Source of the DNA: Octopus sinensis
Lineage: Eukaryota
DNA: 64,000 nucleotides
Direction of reading: 5' to 3'
Assembly: GCF_006345805.1 (NCBI RefSeq)
Contig: NC_043004.1
Location: forward strand, 86,800,001-86,864,000
The notes below the pieces were generated by a model. That model made no database searches. It saw nothing but the letters and a program-made list of their open reading frames with translations, and was not told the DNA's origin. Below, one piece after another: positions 1 through 12,458 of the stretch (position 1 is the stretch's first letter; each line of letters begins with the position of its first letter). The translations under genes and the position numbers were made by a program.

Positions 1-539
1 CCTCCGTTAATCACTGAAACAAGTAAAAGATAAAAGATATACAGGCAGACAATAGTTGAAAGCTGGGTTTGCTCAGTTTAGAAAACACATAGTGGTGCTC
101 AAAAGGATATGAGCTTAAACTCCGAATTATTTGTCCACGCCCGCAGTGTCAAGAATGGCTATACGAAAAATCCAAATCGAGCAGGTATTGAGATAGTAAT
201 GGAGATAAACACAGATAGACTTGATGTAAATGTATTTACATGGGACACAAAAAATATAGAATTGAATATGCAGTTTCTTAACATATTTCTCAACAGCTGT
301 TTCAAGAAGTCTAGAATTACGTGGTAATCATAATTTGCAGATGAATTGAACAAAAAGGTATGGGTATGTAACCGTTAACCAGTCACATGAAGATATTACA
401 ATAAATCCGGCATTTGTCAATCCGGTCTTGATGAGGGAAGCCAGACTTACTGTAATATCTTTGTTTGGCTGGTTACCAGTTAGATGCAATCCCATGGTCA
501 TTCATGACCAAAGAGGGTCTTTACAATTTATATATGCAC

Positions 540-632
540 ACGTACATACATACATATGCATACATACATACATACATACATACATACATACATACATACA
601 TACATACATACATACACACATACATATATACA
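540..632. repeat. (TACA)n microsatellite
   Basis: Direct tandem repeat. Confidence 0.95.
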
Positions 633-1569
633 TATTACAATGGGAAATCACTGTTACCAAGTATTTTGATAATTTTGACTTTTTCTAAGGTGACGTCTGT
701 GTTTAATATAATGATTATTTTATCTGACTGATGGTGTCCGTAACTATACTAAGAACAGCCTAGAGTTACATTATTAGAGTGACACTGTTTTTCATGTTTT
801 CAAGCTATCAGTGTACGCAATTGTCTTTGTTGCTGTTATTTACATATATTTTTATTGTATCGAAGGAGGTTCTATTTTTGGGGACAAGATTTTTTTCTTT
901 TGATACTTGGATATTTAGCTTGATTTCAGGGTTCACTCAAGACAGAACTTGCAAATATCTGTCTATTTGAATGTGTTATTCAGTTTTCAAACCAGCGCAC
1001 AATAACCAACATTCGCCTCCCTCTTTCTAACTTTGTCTTTCTCCCCATTCCACTATTCCAGATAAAAAATTAAAAAAAAAGAAAGAGAGAGAGAGACTGA
1101 AGGCTGAGAAAACATAGGGGATGACATCACATAAACATATTTGTGAATCCTTCGTTAATTCATACTACCACTCTTTCTCAACTTTATGCGTTTCTACTAT
1201 TCTTTTGGTAACATTTAACGTTTTTCTTATTTCACAGTAAGTATAAGACTTGAAGGAGATTTGGTTGCTAGTTATCGAACTAAATGTTATCAAGTGAAGC
1301 GATAACAAATAATAATATATATGGTTTTTGTGGGTGTTCATTTGTAGTTTCCCGTTACAAGACAGACATACACAGAGGCAACCCGAAATGCAGCACGCCT
1401 CATCAGTGATGTAGTTTGTGTGTGTGCCGCCCGGAGCAATCCTTGAGTTTGTCCCCGACTACTTCTACAGGCTTCTATAGCAGACCCAACTGTTCTGTCC
1501 CTTTAAAAATGTCGCCCGGGGTGGATAGCCTCCTGCCCACCCTCTTAGCCATTCTCTACGCCTCGTCTT

Positions 1570-1740
1570 TCGTCACCTTGACCTTACGATCAGATGTTCT
1601 CCTTTCCCCTGTTGCAAGCGATAAATTTGTGTCTTCGAGGATCTATGTGAGAGGTCCACTGCTTCGGTGATCTCCCACGTAGTCTGGGGTGACGGACGTC
1701 TTGGCGGAATGCCAACGCTCTATAGTTAAAGGATGGTATT
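1570..1740 (-). mobile_element. Possible decayed RTE LINE C-terminal fragment
   Basis: Minus-strand translation includes RLRGRSPKQWTSHI, similar to the RTE ORF C-terminal RGRPxxRWxDxI motif. Confidence 0.35.
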
Positions 1741-2287
1741 CTCATTACATAGTCGAACAACTTCAATTTGTATTACTTGTGTTACCGAAATCTCTTCATA
1801 CAGAGATTTCTAAGCTTGTCTACTAATGATATCCTCGTATAGAACTGAAAAGAAGGCATTTCAAAAACTAGTCTGGATGCTTCAAGCAGAATCCACTCTA
1901 TCACAGACATACAAATCAAACCTCCAGTTTGAGGCTATTTTATTTCCTCTCACCAGTATCGGAGGCCCAGAAAAATAGCATTCCTCTCTCTTTCTCTCAT
2001 TGACTAATTCACTCCCATGTATATTACTGACATGAATAAACATATATCAACATGTATGCGCTCATATGTATCTACATACACGGACGTAATATTAATATTA
2101 ACGCACTCAGACCAACACCGATATCTATATATGCGTCCATATGTGAATGCGACCGGTATACACACACACACACAACTTTCACACTTCCTATTAACTTCCT
2201 ATAAATAGGTTTAACTACAAAAATACTACACTGGCACACAAATACACGACCTGATTATCATCGGAGTTTACTGTGTTTCAACGTGTC

Positions 2288-2426
<139 letters not shown>

Positions 2427-2569
2427 ATGCAACATACAGGATGAATTAGAAGTGAAGTTTCTTTGTCATTTAAATATAGTTACAATTTGATTTTTAAAAC
2501 TTCATATTTCAAATACTACATTTGCTTTTTCTGTGAATATCTTTTACCCCTTCCTACATAATATATATA

Positions 2570-3173
2570 CAATAATCCCTCGACTATCTCGGGTGGGCAA
2601 GACTCCCCCACCACCAAAAAAAACCACCCATTTAAAATTTTTTGGCTACGGGGAATACGAATTTGCAAAAAAATTGGCAAAAATCGGCATTTTAAAATTA
2701 CCCTCCAACCTTTTCCTTCAATTTTTACTTCTTTCAGAATTTTTTTTTTTTTTTTTCAAAATATGCGGAAAAATACGGAACTTAAGTTTCTAAATATGCA
2801 GAAAAATACGGACATTATTATTCGGACAAAAATTTCAAAACATTTCTGTAGTTACGGTTAGGGTTAGTGTTGGGGAAAAAAGTCAAAATTGAAGAATTTG
2901 GGGGGATGGGGAGAAAGGTGGGGAATTTAACAAAGCCGGTTTTTGGCAATTTTCCGGATCCTCTGTATCCGAAAACAAAAAAAAAATTCTTAAATAAACA
3001 AATTTGGGAGGAAATGATGGGGGACGGGCGGAAGTCTTTCCTTTTATTATTATTTTTATAATTTGTGTATATCTATTTTATTATAAATGCAAAACAACAC
3101 CACAGACGAATCGACGTAGGCTTAAATAATAAACTGCGATAGGCGAACCGCGATATGGCGAGGGATTACTCTG
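2570..3173. mobile_element. pogo/Tigger-like MITE
   Basis: Imperfect TIRs CAATAATCCCTCGACTATCTCGG / CCGCGATATGGCGAGGGATTACT, TA on the left flank. The interior is rich in homopolymer runs. Confidence 0.6.
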
Positions 3174-3410
3174 TGTGTGTGTGTGTATCGTTTTTTTTTT
3201 TTTTAGGAAAACATAAATCCGGAGAAGAAGTAGAGTAGTTAATATTTATTACTGGTGAAGGCTGTCGACCTCGGCGGAATTTGAACTCGGAACGTAGCAA
3301 CGGGTGAAATACTGCTAAGCATTTCGTCCAGCGATGTTTAGTTATAATAAAAACAATTTTACATTAAATCTGTTTGCTTATTCAATAATTTTGTAGAGTA
3401 CAAATTTATC

Positions 3411-3544
3411 ATTCTTAAGCAAGAATATTATTGACAATAACATCGAAGTTTCGGCTTGCTAAACTATCGTCTGCTATCAGTCTGATGATGGCTTAGCGGG
3501 ACAAACCTTCGAAGTCACTATGAATAATATTTTTGCTTAAGAAT
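3411..3544. repeat. Imperfect palindrome made of two decayed hammerhead copies
   Basis: Arms ATTCTTAAGCAAGAATATTATT.../...AATAATATTTTTGCTTAAGAAT. CTGATGA at 3482-3488 (+); GCCGAAAC on the minus arm near 3448-3455. Confidence 0.7.
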
Positions 3545-3636
3545 TCAAAGCAAGAAGTCTGACAAGTCTTCAGGCAAAACAAAGTATATTTTATTGGAGT
3601 CACGAATATATAGAACTCAATTATCAAAGCTGATTA

Positions 3637-3845
3637 AGGCAGAGAGCTGGGAGAATCGTTAGCACGCCGTGCATAATGCTTAGCGGTGTTTCGACTGTCT
3701 TTACGTTCTGAGTTAAAATGCCACCAAGGTCGACTTTGCTTTCATCTCCTTTCGGGGTCGATAAAATAAGTACCGGATGAGGGCTGAGGTCGATGTAATT
3801 GACCTAGTCCCTCCTCCGAACTTACTGGCCATGTGCTAAAAGCTA
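3637..3845 (+). mobile_element. tRNA-derived SINE, family B (Nin/Deu-like central domain)
   Basis: Same head and CTTTCGGGGTCGATAAAATAAGTACC core as the other family B copies. Confidence 0.8.
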
Positions 3846-4660
3846 AAAGCATTATTAAAGCTGATTCTGGGAGTTTGTTTCGCGGATCAAGTTTCACGCT
3901 ACCGCGATTTTCAGCTTTTCGCCCGAAGTTCGCTGAAAATTCCAAATCGAGCCGCGAGACAAACTGACAGCGTCATTTTAAATAATGTATCGAGAACTCT
4001 TTTCATTCGTTCGACATTAAGTAACATACACACACACACACACAATGACCAGTCATTAACTTTATTGCTTTAATATGTGTGTATAAAAAACAAATCCGAA
4101 AGAAAAACCACACTCGAAGATGTAGAGCAGTATAAATAGGGAAAGCCTTAGATTTCCCGTCGATAAAGGGTTTATAGCTTTATGGCGTATCGTCAGATCC
4201 CAAAAACCTGCTGGCCCATAACCTCTTAAAAATATGTTGAGGGAGATGCCTAACTTGGCAGACAGACAGAAATAGACAGATATTTGACACATGTCAATCA
4301 AAAATTGAGAGAATCTTCATTGTGTCTAAAAATGTGAGAATATAATGGCAATACTGTTCAATTCTGGATAGTCTGGACAACTGGCAGTATGAATGACAGG
4401 GACGCATATTAGCTACCCTGAAATCCCGGAGCTGTGACAGTCATCGAAAAACCGTAGAGTCGGTTAATGATTGCAGTAGAGAGGGTGAGAAGGAGGTAGG
4501 AAGAGGGGATGATGAGGTGTACATTACGAAGTTGAAACGTGCTCAGTTGACCTTGGTTTTAAACACTATATTGACAAAGGAGTGGTTGAATCACTGCTTA
4601 TACTCACAGCCAGCTATATATATATAAATACACACACACACATGTACATATATACATTAT

Positions 4661-4702
<42 letters not shown>

Positions 4703-4726
4703 ATATATAATATATATATATATAAT

Positions 4727-5054
4727 TAATCAATATAGGGTGGCAAAAAATTTTGTAGAATTTTTTTGCCACCAGCGGCCTAGTGGGAAAAAATTAAATA
4801 GTCATAGACCATTTTTAAGTTCAACATCACAATCAAGGAACGGCCATAAGAGGCCATTCACCCACTAGAAATAACAGCCAAAGCTTCAACCGCAAATAAA
4901 CATCAATTCCGTAAACCAGGAGAAAATTAAAAATTACAGGGTAAATGTTTTTTAATTTTCTCTTGGTTACGGAATTGATGTTTATTTGCGGTTGAAGCTT
5001 TGGCTGTTATTTCTAGTGGGTGAATGGCCTATTATGGCCGTTCCTTGATTGTGA

Positions 5055-5056
<2 letters not shown>
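4727..5056 (+). mobile_element. (TA)n-embedded leader plus long fold-back element, copy 1
   Basis: Near-perfect inverted repeat 4825-5056 (arms about 110 bp), preceded by a leader homologous to 54392-54500; (TA)n on both sides. Confidence 0.8.
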
Positions 5057-5098
<42 letters not shown>

Positions 5099-5204
5099 TT
5101 CTCTCTCTCTCTCTCTCTTTCTCTTTATATATATGTATATATATATATATGTGCATAAGTCAGGAAAAAGGTGGACTCGTATATTTGTCAATAGAATGGG
5201 TATA

Positions 5205-5490
5205 AGGGCGGCGAGCTGGCAGAATCGTTAACGCACCGGGCGAAATGCTTAGCAGTATTTCGTCAGCCGCTACGTTCTGAGTTCAAATTCCGCCGAGGTC
5301 GACTTTGCCTTTCATCCTTTCCGGGTCGATAAATTAAATACCAGTTACGCACTGGAGTCGATATAATCGACTTAATCCGTTTGTCTGTTCTTGTTTGTCC
5401 TCTCTGTGTTTAGCTCCTTGTGGGTAGTAAAGAAATAGAAATAAGTATTTCGTCAGCCGTTACGTTCTGAGTTCAAGTTCCGCCGAGGTC
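5205..5490 (+). mobile_element. tRNA-derived SINE family B plus partial second unit
   Basis: A-box-like TGGCAGAATCG, B-box GTTCAAATTCC, core GCCTTTCATCCTTTCCGGGTCGATAAA, tail GTAAAGAAATA. A second unit restarts at about 5445. Confidence 0.88.
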
Positions 5491-5501
5491 TATATATATA
5501 T

Positions 5502-5580
<79 letters not shown>

Positions 5581-5589
5581 AAACAAAGA

Positions 5590-6025
5590 ACTATATATAT
5601 TATACATACACACACACACACAGTTACATTCAACACAAACACAGTAACATAATACATGTATACACACACACAGTTACATTTAATACATACATGCATATAA
5701 AAGCAGCTACATTTCATACGTACATACATGCACATAGCACCCTTTCACCGTTTACACCCACAATACTAACACACGAACAGTTAGATTTAATACACACACA
5801 CACCCAACACTAGCACACGCACACAATTACATTAATACATGTACACATACATAACACACGCACATAAAGTTATATTTAATACATAGGCACACACACACAC
5901 ACCTCTACAGTTACATACCACACGTACCCACACGCACAAACTCATACAACACTAACACGCAAGCACAGTTACATGCCCTACAATCACACACACTGTCACA
6001 CACACACAACACATTACACACATAC
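5590..6025. repeat. Degenerate CA-rich minisatellite (CACAGTTACATTTAATACAC units)
   Basis: Recurring CAGTTACAT motif separated by (CA)n. Confidence 0.7.
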
Positions 6026-6510
6026 ATTCGACCCAAAGATACGGTCCGTTTAACTCATGCCTGCGTATTAGTATTACAAAAAAGAAAATACGACAGAACA
6101 TAATACTCCTATATATTTATCTTCTTACATAGCTATATATAGCTTAAATATACAATGCTAAACCATTCGAACTAAATAAATGCATATTCTTCGCGCGGGA
6201 CACAAACTATGACAACTTCATTAGACTTATTATGTTTGATGATGGAAAGATCCTCAGTTAGTTTCTATCCTGGTATTATTCGTCATGGTATTATTATATT
6301 CATGATGTCAAAGCTACGTTGGGCTAGGTGACATATTTTATTGTTTGTGGTGTGACGACGACATTATTCCCCGTTAAAGAGGATCTGGTTACAGTTTGAA
6401 TACGTGCAACATGTATAAGTGTGTTGTCCATGTGGGCGCGACCATGTTCTTTCATTGTGTCGTTACGTTGTTTACATGTTAGTATTGATAATATTGAGAA
6501 TTATCCATCC

Positions 6511-6646
<136 letters not shown>

Positions 6647-6856
6647 ATATTAATAATGTCAAAGGGTAATCAGAAATATTTGAAATTTTCATTACCAGTG
6701 GCCTAGCGTGTAAAAATTTAGTCAATAGACTATATATTATTCATATATATATATATATAGGTTCGATAAAAATTTAGATTCGGTTGAATATGGTACTTAA
6801 GTTAAAGGCACCAGAATTTGGTATAGTATAATCCATATAATTCAAAATGGGGTGAT

Positions 6857-6909
<53 letters not shown>

Positions 6910-7489
6910 GGGGGGAGATACACATATATGTATTATATATTATACTTTGTATATATTACATAGATATTTATGTATGTATGTATGCATACATATTCTATGT
7001 ATGTATATATAAATATATATGCAACAATGTATATAAGCATCATTTGTTCTGATTTTAGAGTTTTGTGAAGTAGTCTTAGGGACTATATACATATGCATAT
7101 ATACACATATATATGCATACGTGCACTCACATTGACATACACACATGTATGTAATATATTTGAGCTAATATACATCTATGCACAAACTTAACTACTTCAT
7201 ATCCATACACATACACACGCGCACATATACACACATACACACACACACACGTACATACACACATGTTGATATATATACTTATGAGTATGTGGTCTACAAG
7301 TACATTTTCATTACAAAAAGAGTGATCTGTATATACTTATCTGGTTTTGGACTATGTTGGGTTCGTCGTTATTAGAAGTTGCTATATTGAGCACCTTCCA
7401 TTCATCTGATTTTGATAAATTGAGTTTTGCTAATAGATTATTTAATCAGTTAATTTGTTTCTATGCACAGAAGAGATAACAAGAAACAA

Positions 7490-7580
7490 CCCTTCTGACG
7501 AGAGCTAGGATTGGGTTTTTCCCAAAATTTTATGTAAAAAACCGAATGGGAAAATTGGCTGAAATAGATCTATAATACAA
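7490..7580 (+). ncRNA. Degenerate type I hammerhead motif with long stem II insertion
   Basis: CTGACGA (7495-7501), G, AGCTA...TGGCT, GAAA (7561), palindromic ATAGATCTAT, A. Stem I is poor. Confidence 0.5.
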
Positions 7581-8429
7581 TAATTGTATAAATATTAATA
7601 TACACACTCTGTTGACAAATATACAAGTGCTTACCCGTTTTTTCTGACACGTTTATTCTTAGACTAACACACACACACACACAATAAAATAAGAGTGGCT
7701 TATTCGCAATTTAACAACCGAAAGGCAGAAATATATATTTATAATATAATTTAGAATATTATATAGAATTCATAATATATATGAACAGGAGAAAAAGAAG
7801 GTGTTCTTACTGAACAATTACTACTTTCTTTTAATTAAATGTATAATTAATTAATTTTGACTTGTAGAAGTGCGCAGATTATTCACATAAAGATGATTTT
7901 ATCTAAATCGCGCGTAAACTTTTAAGTTCACCAAACTGGTTTCTTGTACAAAGAGTCTATAATTTTATTCTCAAGGGTTAGTTTGAGAGTTGCCCCCAAA
8001 TTAGAAATTTCACTCGTGATACAATATCTTGAATTTATACTTGTTGTTTTTCTCGGGAACAATACAATTAGGAAAGCAAATATAACAAAATTAACAAGAC
8101 TATATTTTTATATGAATCACAATCTTGAGGTGTTGCAGTCATAAATTCTGTCACCGACTCAAGGGAAACTACTCTTTCATCTTAACATTCAAGCGAAAAT
8201 TATAAATTATTGGTTTCGTTCACAACACTTTTCATATCAGTCTCTTAGCCTTTATTTTAACTATTATCAATTAATTATTATCATCATTGCGGTATTTCGT
8301 CCGTCTTTACGTTCTGAGTCGATTTTGCCTTCCATCCTTTCGGAATCGATGGAATAAGCACCAGTTGAACACCGGGGTCGATCTAATCGACCAAAATTTG
8401 AAACCACTATTAAATATCAGAGTAAACAT

Positions 8430-8791
8430 AGGCGTAGGAGTGGCTGTGTGGTAAGTAGCTTGCTTACCAACCACATGGTTCCGGGTTTAGTCCCACTACG
8501 TGGCACCTTGGGCAAGTGTCTTCTACTATAGCCTTGTGAGTGGATTTGGTAGACGGAAACTGACAGAAGCCTGCCGTATATATGTATGTGTGTCTGTGTT
8601 TGTCCCCACAACATCGCTTGACAACCGATGGTGGTGTGCTTACGTCCCCGTAACTTAGCGGTTCAGCACAAAAGAGACTGATAGAATAAGTACTAGGCTT
8701 CCAAAGAATAAGTCCTGGGGTCGATTTGCTCGACTAAAGGTGGTGCTCCAGCATGGCCGCAGTTAAATGACTGAAACAAGTAAAAGAGTAA
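8430..8791 (+). mobile_element. tRNA-derived SINE family A
   Basis: A-box TGGCTGTGTGG, B-box-like GGTTTAGTCCC, GGGCAAGTGTCTTCTAC core, tail GACTGAAACAAGTAAAAGAGTA. About 15 copies or fragments in the window. Confidence 0.9.
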
Positions 8792-9074
8792 GCTGGCAGA
8801 AACGTTATTGCGTCAGAGAAAATGCTTAGCAGTATTTCTTTAGGTTTTGAGTTCAAATTTCATCAGAGTCGACTTTGCCTTACATCATTTAGAAGTCAGT
8901 AAAATAAATTCCAGTTAGTACTAAGGTCGAATACAATCGATTTTCCTCTCTTTTCCAATATTGTTGGCCTTGTGGCAAAAATTGAATATGGAACTAAATA
9001 TATTGCTATATCCTGTTATATTCTGCAATTTAAGTCATGCTATGGGTAATTTAAGAAATTTGCTAAAATTCACA

Positions 9075-9558
9075 GGAGGTGAGCTGGCAGAATTGTTAGC
9101 GAAATGCTTAGCGGTATTTCGTCTGTCTTTACATTCTGAGTTCAAATTCCGACGAGGTCGACTTTGCCTTTCATCCTTTCGGGGTCGATTAAATAAGTAC
9201 CAGTTACGCACTGGGGTCGATATAATCGACTTAATTCGTTTGTCTGTCCTCTCTGTGTTTAGCCTCTTGTGGGTAGTAAAGAAATAGGTATTTCGTCTGC
9301 CGCTACGTTCTGGGTTCAAATTCCGCCGAGGTCGACTTTGCCTTTCATCCTTTCGGGGTCTATTAAATAAGTACCACTTACGCACTGGGGTCTACTTAAT
9401 CCGTTTGTTTGTCATCTCTGTGTTTAGACCCTTGCGAGTAGTAAAGAAATAGGTATTGCGTCCGCCGCTACGTTCCGGCAGGATCGATTTTGCCTTTCAT
9501 CCTTTCGAGATCGATAAAATAAGTACCAGTTGAGCACTGGTGTCGATGTAATCGACTT
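9075..9558 (+). mobile_element. Head-to-tail trimer of SINE family B
   Basis: The second and third units restart at GGTATT(T/G)CGTC at about 9288 and 9452 and lack the A-box head. Confidence 0.85.
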
Positions 9559-10153
9559 AACTACTGCTAGGTAAGAGTAGAAAAAAATTGCACCCCTTAC
9601 CCAAGCCAGTAGGCTCATCAAACCAGTATGACCTGAAACACAAATTCATGGTCTCCACATTAGACCATGGTTGGTGGAGAGAACATACCGAGGCCTTCGT
9701 CCTGCAGTGGACTGAACATAGGCAATCCAATCCACTCCACTGAATTAAATACACCTTTCTTTGTTCCAGCATTTATTTTTTTAAAAAATCATTCAAGCAT
9801 TGGGGATAATTTAATCAGCTCTACTCTTGCCCAAAATTTATCATTTTGAGATATTTACAAGTGAAGATAAATTATTAATTAGTTTTTATTTTCACCAGCT
9901 AATTAAAAAATTCTAACATGGAGTTGGGGTGGGTGGTATGGCTATACATTATTTGGCGGGAAGAAAATACTAACTACTTCATTGGCACCCATATATCAAC
10001 TTTGGATGGTACCAATTTAAGACAGAGAAAGGGGACATGCCCTGCTAGTCTTTTCTTTCCTTTATTATTGCGTAGAGTGCCCAATATAATTCAAATTGAA
10101 ATCAAAGCAAAATATTCATAATAAATCTGATTGGCTTAAGTTTCTTAATAATG

Positions 10154-10265
10154 AAAGTTCACACAAGCTTTTACACATAATAAAGTTCACACAAGCTTTT
10201 ACACATAATAAAGTTCACGCAAGCTTTTACACGCAATGAAGCTCCCGCAAGCTTTTACACGTAAC
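10154..10265. repeat. 28-bp tandem repeat x4 (AAAGTTCACACAAGCTTTTACACATAAT)
   Basis: Four visible units, diverging toward the right. Confidence 0.9.
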
Positions 10266-10799
10266 AAAAATCAATATAATTTTATGGCAAACAAAATCGT
10301 TGCTTGAGCAAGCTGTTTGCTTCAAGTGAGTTTACGATTAAGGGGAGAGAATCACTTCTAAGTTAAATTAGGTTGCGAAACGATATTTGTACAAATCAGC
10401 GAGAACAGAATATATAATATTGTTTCCTGTAAACGTTGTAGAATTTTCCTTTTAGACAATAATTTAATAAACATCATTGAATCGCTCGTTCTTTCAGAGA
10501 ATTGGCTAATAAACATAGCAGAACTGGGATCTTTTCGGTTTGAACGGCAGTTTTTAACATAATTTCTAGGTAACTAAACATTTTAAAACTTCGTATACTG
10601 GTAGAATGTGTTTATAAAACATCTTTTTCTCTTGGCTTTATAGAGAAAATTCTATAGTTTGTAAGATATTTAGTTGAAGAAACTTGCCAAAGGTGGTACT
10701 GAACTAAAAACCATTGAATTGCAAAGTGAACTTCTTAACCACACAGCCATGTCTGTGCCTGTAACAAATATTAATGGTAGTCTGTTGAGGTAAGTGAAA

Positions 10800-11517
10800 T
10801 CGAAATCAAAATCATGTTAGATGACTGGTATCTGTGCTAGTGGAATGCTAAAAGCACCATCCGAGCGTGATCATTGCCAGAGCAACAAACTGGCCTCCGT
10901 GCCGGTGGCACATAAAAAGCACCATTCAAGCGTAATCGTTAACTGGCACTTGTGCTGGTGGCATGTGAAAAAACATTCAAGTGGGGTCGTTGCCAGTGCC
11001 GCTGGACTGGCTCCTGTGCAGGTGGCTCATAAAAAGCACCATTTGAGTGTGGTTGTTGCCAGTACTGTCTGACTGGCCCTCGTGTCAGTGACACGTATAA
11101 GGACCCACTACACTCTTGGAATGGTTGGTGTTAGGAAGGGCATCCAGCTGTAGAAACTCTGCCAGAAAGGCGGTGAGCTGGTAGAAACGTTAGCATGCCA
11201 GGCGAAATGCTTAGCGGTATTCGTCTGCCGTTATGTTCTGAGTTCAAATTCTGCCGAGGTTGACTTTGCCTTTCATCCTTTCGAGGTCGATAAATTAAGT
11301 ACCAGTTATGCACTTGGGTTGATGTAATCGACTTAATCCCTTTGTCTGTCCTTGTTTGTCCCCTCAATTGCCCCTTGTGAGCAATAAAGAAATAAGAAAC
11401 TCTGCCAGAACAGATTGGAGACTGGTGCAGCCATCTGGTTCTCCAGACTTCAGTCAAATCGTCCAACCTATGCTAGCATGGAAAGCGGACATTAAACAAT
11501 GATGATGATGATGATGA
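10800..11517 (+). mobile_element. RTE-type 3' UTR fragment with ~60-bp internal repeats, interrupted by SINE B (11168-11394)
   Basis: Tail ATGCTAGCATGGAAAGCGGACATTAAAC(ATG)n. The nested SINE is flanked by a 16-bp TSD AGAAACTCTGCCAGAA (11152-11167, 11395-11410). Confidence 0.85.
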
Positions 11518-12084
11518 GTCTCTCTAAGTCCAAGAAAGACAGTTCTGCAAGTTCTTCCCAAATAACCAGCACAGGTGATTTGTTTATAGTGATCAAATCT
11601 TTGGTTGCACATAAGTTCACTCACTCAATCAAACTGACATTGAACAATGTAAGATGAAGTGTTTCTATCACAAGAACACAATGCATTGCCCTGTCCAGGA
11701 GTCAAACCCACAATCTTGTGATTGTAACACCCAAACCACTAGGTTATGCACCCTCATTTGATAAATGTAAAACATTATAATAAGCATAATTAGAAACAAA
11801 AACATATGAACATGTAATATTGAGATATTTGATGCAGTAAGTTTTACATGTTGCTGAAAATAAGCTAAATTTTGATTGCAAATTATAATTAAAATTTTTG
11901 TAAATGTCAAACAGACCTGGAGTAGAGAGGACATGTCATTGATGAGGTTGGGAATGATGACGAAAGCATTTCAACGAGCATAGCTGATTGACTGAACGAT
12001 TAATCAAACGATTGATTGGTTAATTGGTCAACCAACTGACAAATAATAATAAAAAGTGAAATGGAATCAGTGTGTGTATTCACT

Positions 12085-12343
12085 GTTGGCATAAAGAGTT
12101 GTTGAAGCATGGAATAAACTGCCGGCATCATTTGTTAGTTGTCGGAACACTGCATCCTTCAAAACTTCCTGAGATTTGCCAACACTACACCTGATTTTCT
12201 CCCCTCCATACACACGCAAGCATGTATCTGACTCATACACTGTTCACTTCCCAGACATTTGTACATTACTGCATATGCTTTATCTGCACTTTTGACAAGT
12301 TGTGGCGCCCCTGAGCACTGTATACAATAATTTCATTATTATA
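12085..12343 (+). mobile_element. CR1-type LINE 3' end fragment
   Basis: Matches the reverse complement of 42285-42550 (RVxEAWNKLPAS, 3' UTR, ACAATAATTTCATTATT tail). Confidence 0.85.
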
Positions 12344-12404
12344 ATGAACCTCCCAAGATACAACAAAATCTGTTTCAGCACACGAGTTCACAAGTATTTT
12401 GCAA

Positions 12405-12458
12405 ACTAAATACAAAAACAACACGTTTTTTGTTCTTCGTTGATCTAATCACTTTATT
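12405..12458 (-). terminator. Candidate distal polyadenylation signal of IMPAD1
   Basis: AATAAA on minus at 12458-12453, followed about 30 nt later by a GU/U-rich tract GTGTTTGTTTTTGTATTT. No transcript data. Confidence 0.4.

Noticed and set aside
45-350. Possible mariner relic (WFAQFR-like)
   Set aside because: It needs frameshifts and no TIR was found.
1360-1420. Minus-strand ITDEACCISGCLC (insulin A-chain-like) and a CTGATGAG hammerhead-like core
   Set aside because: Cysteine spacing does not fit and upstream stops close the frame; no stem II-GAAA follows the core.
3870-4010. CpG-rich promoter-like patch with a small hairpin
   Set aside because: No linked exon or TSS evidence is visible.
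8430-8505. tRNA gene candidates at SINE heads
   Set aside because: They have A/B boxes but continue into SINE bodies and lack a complete cloverleaf.
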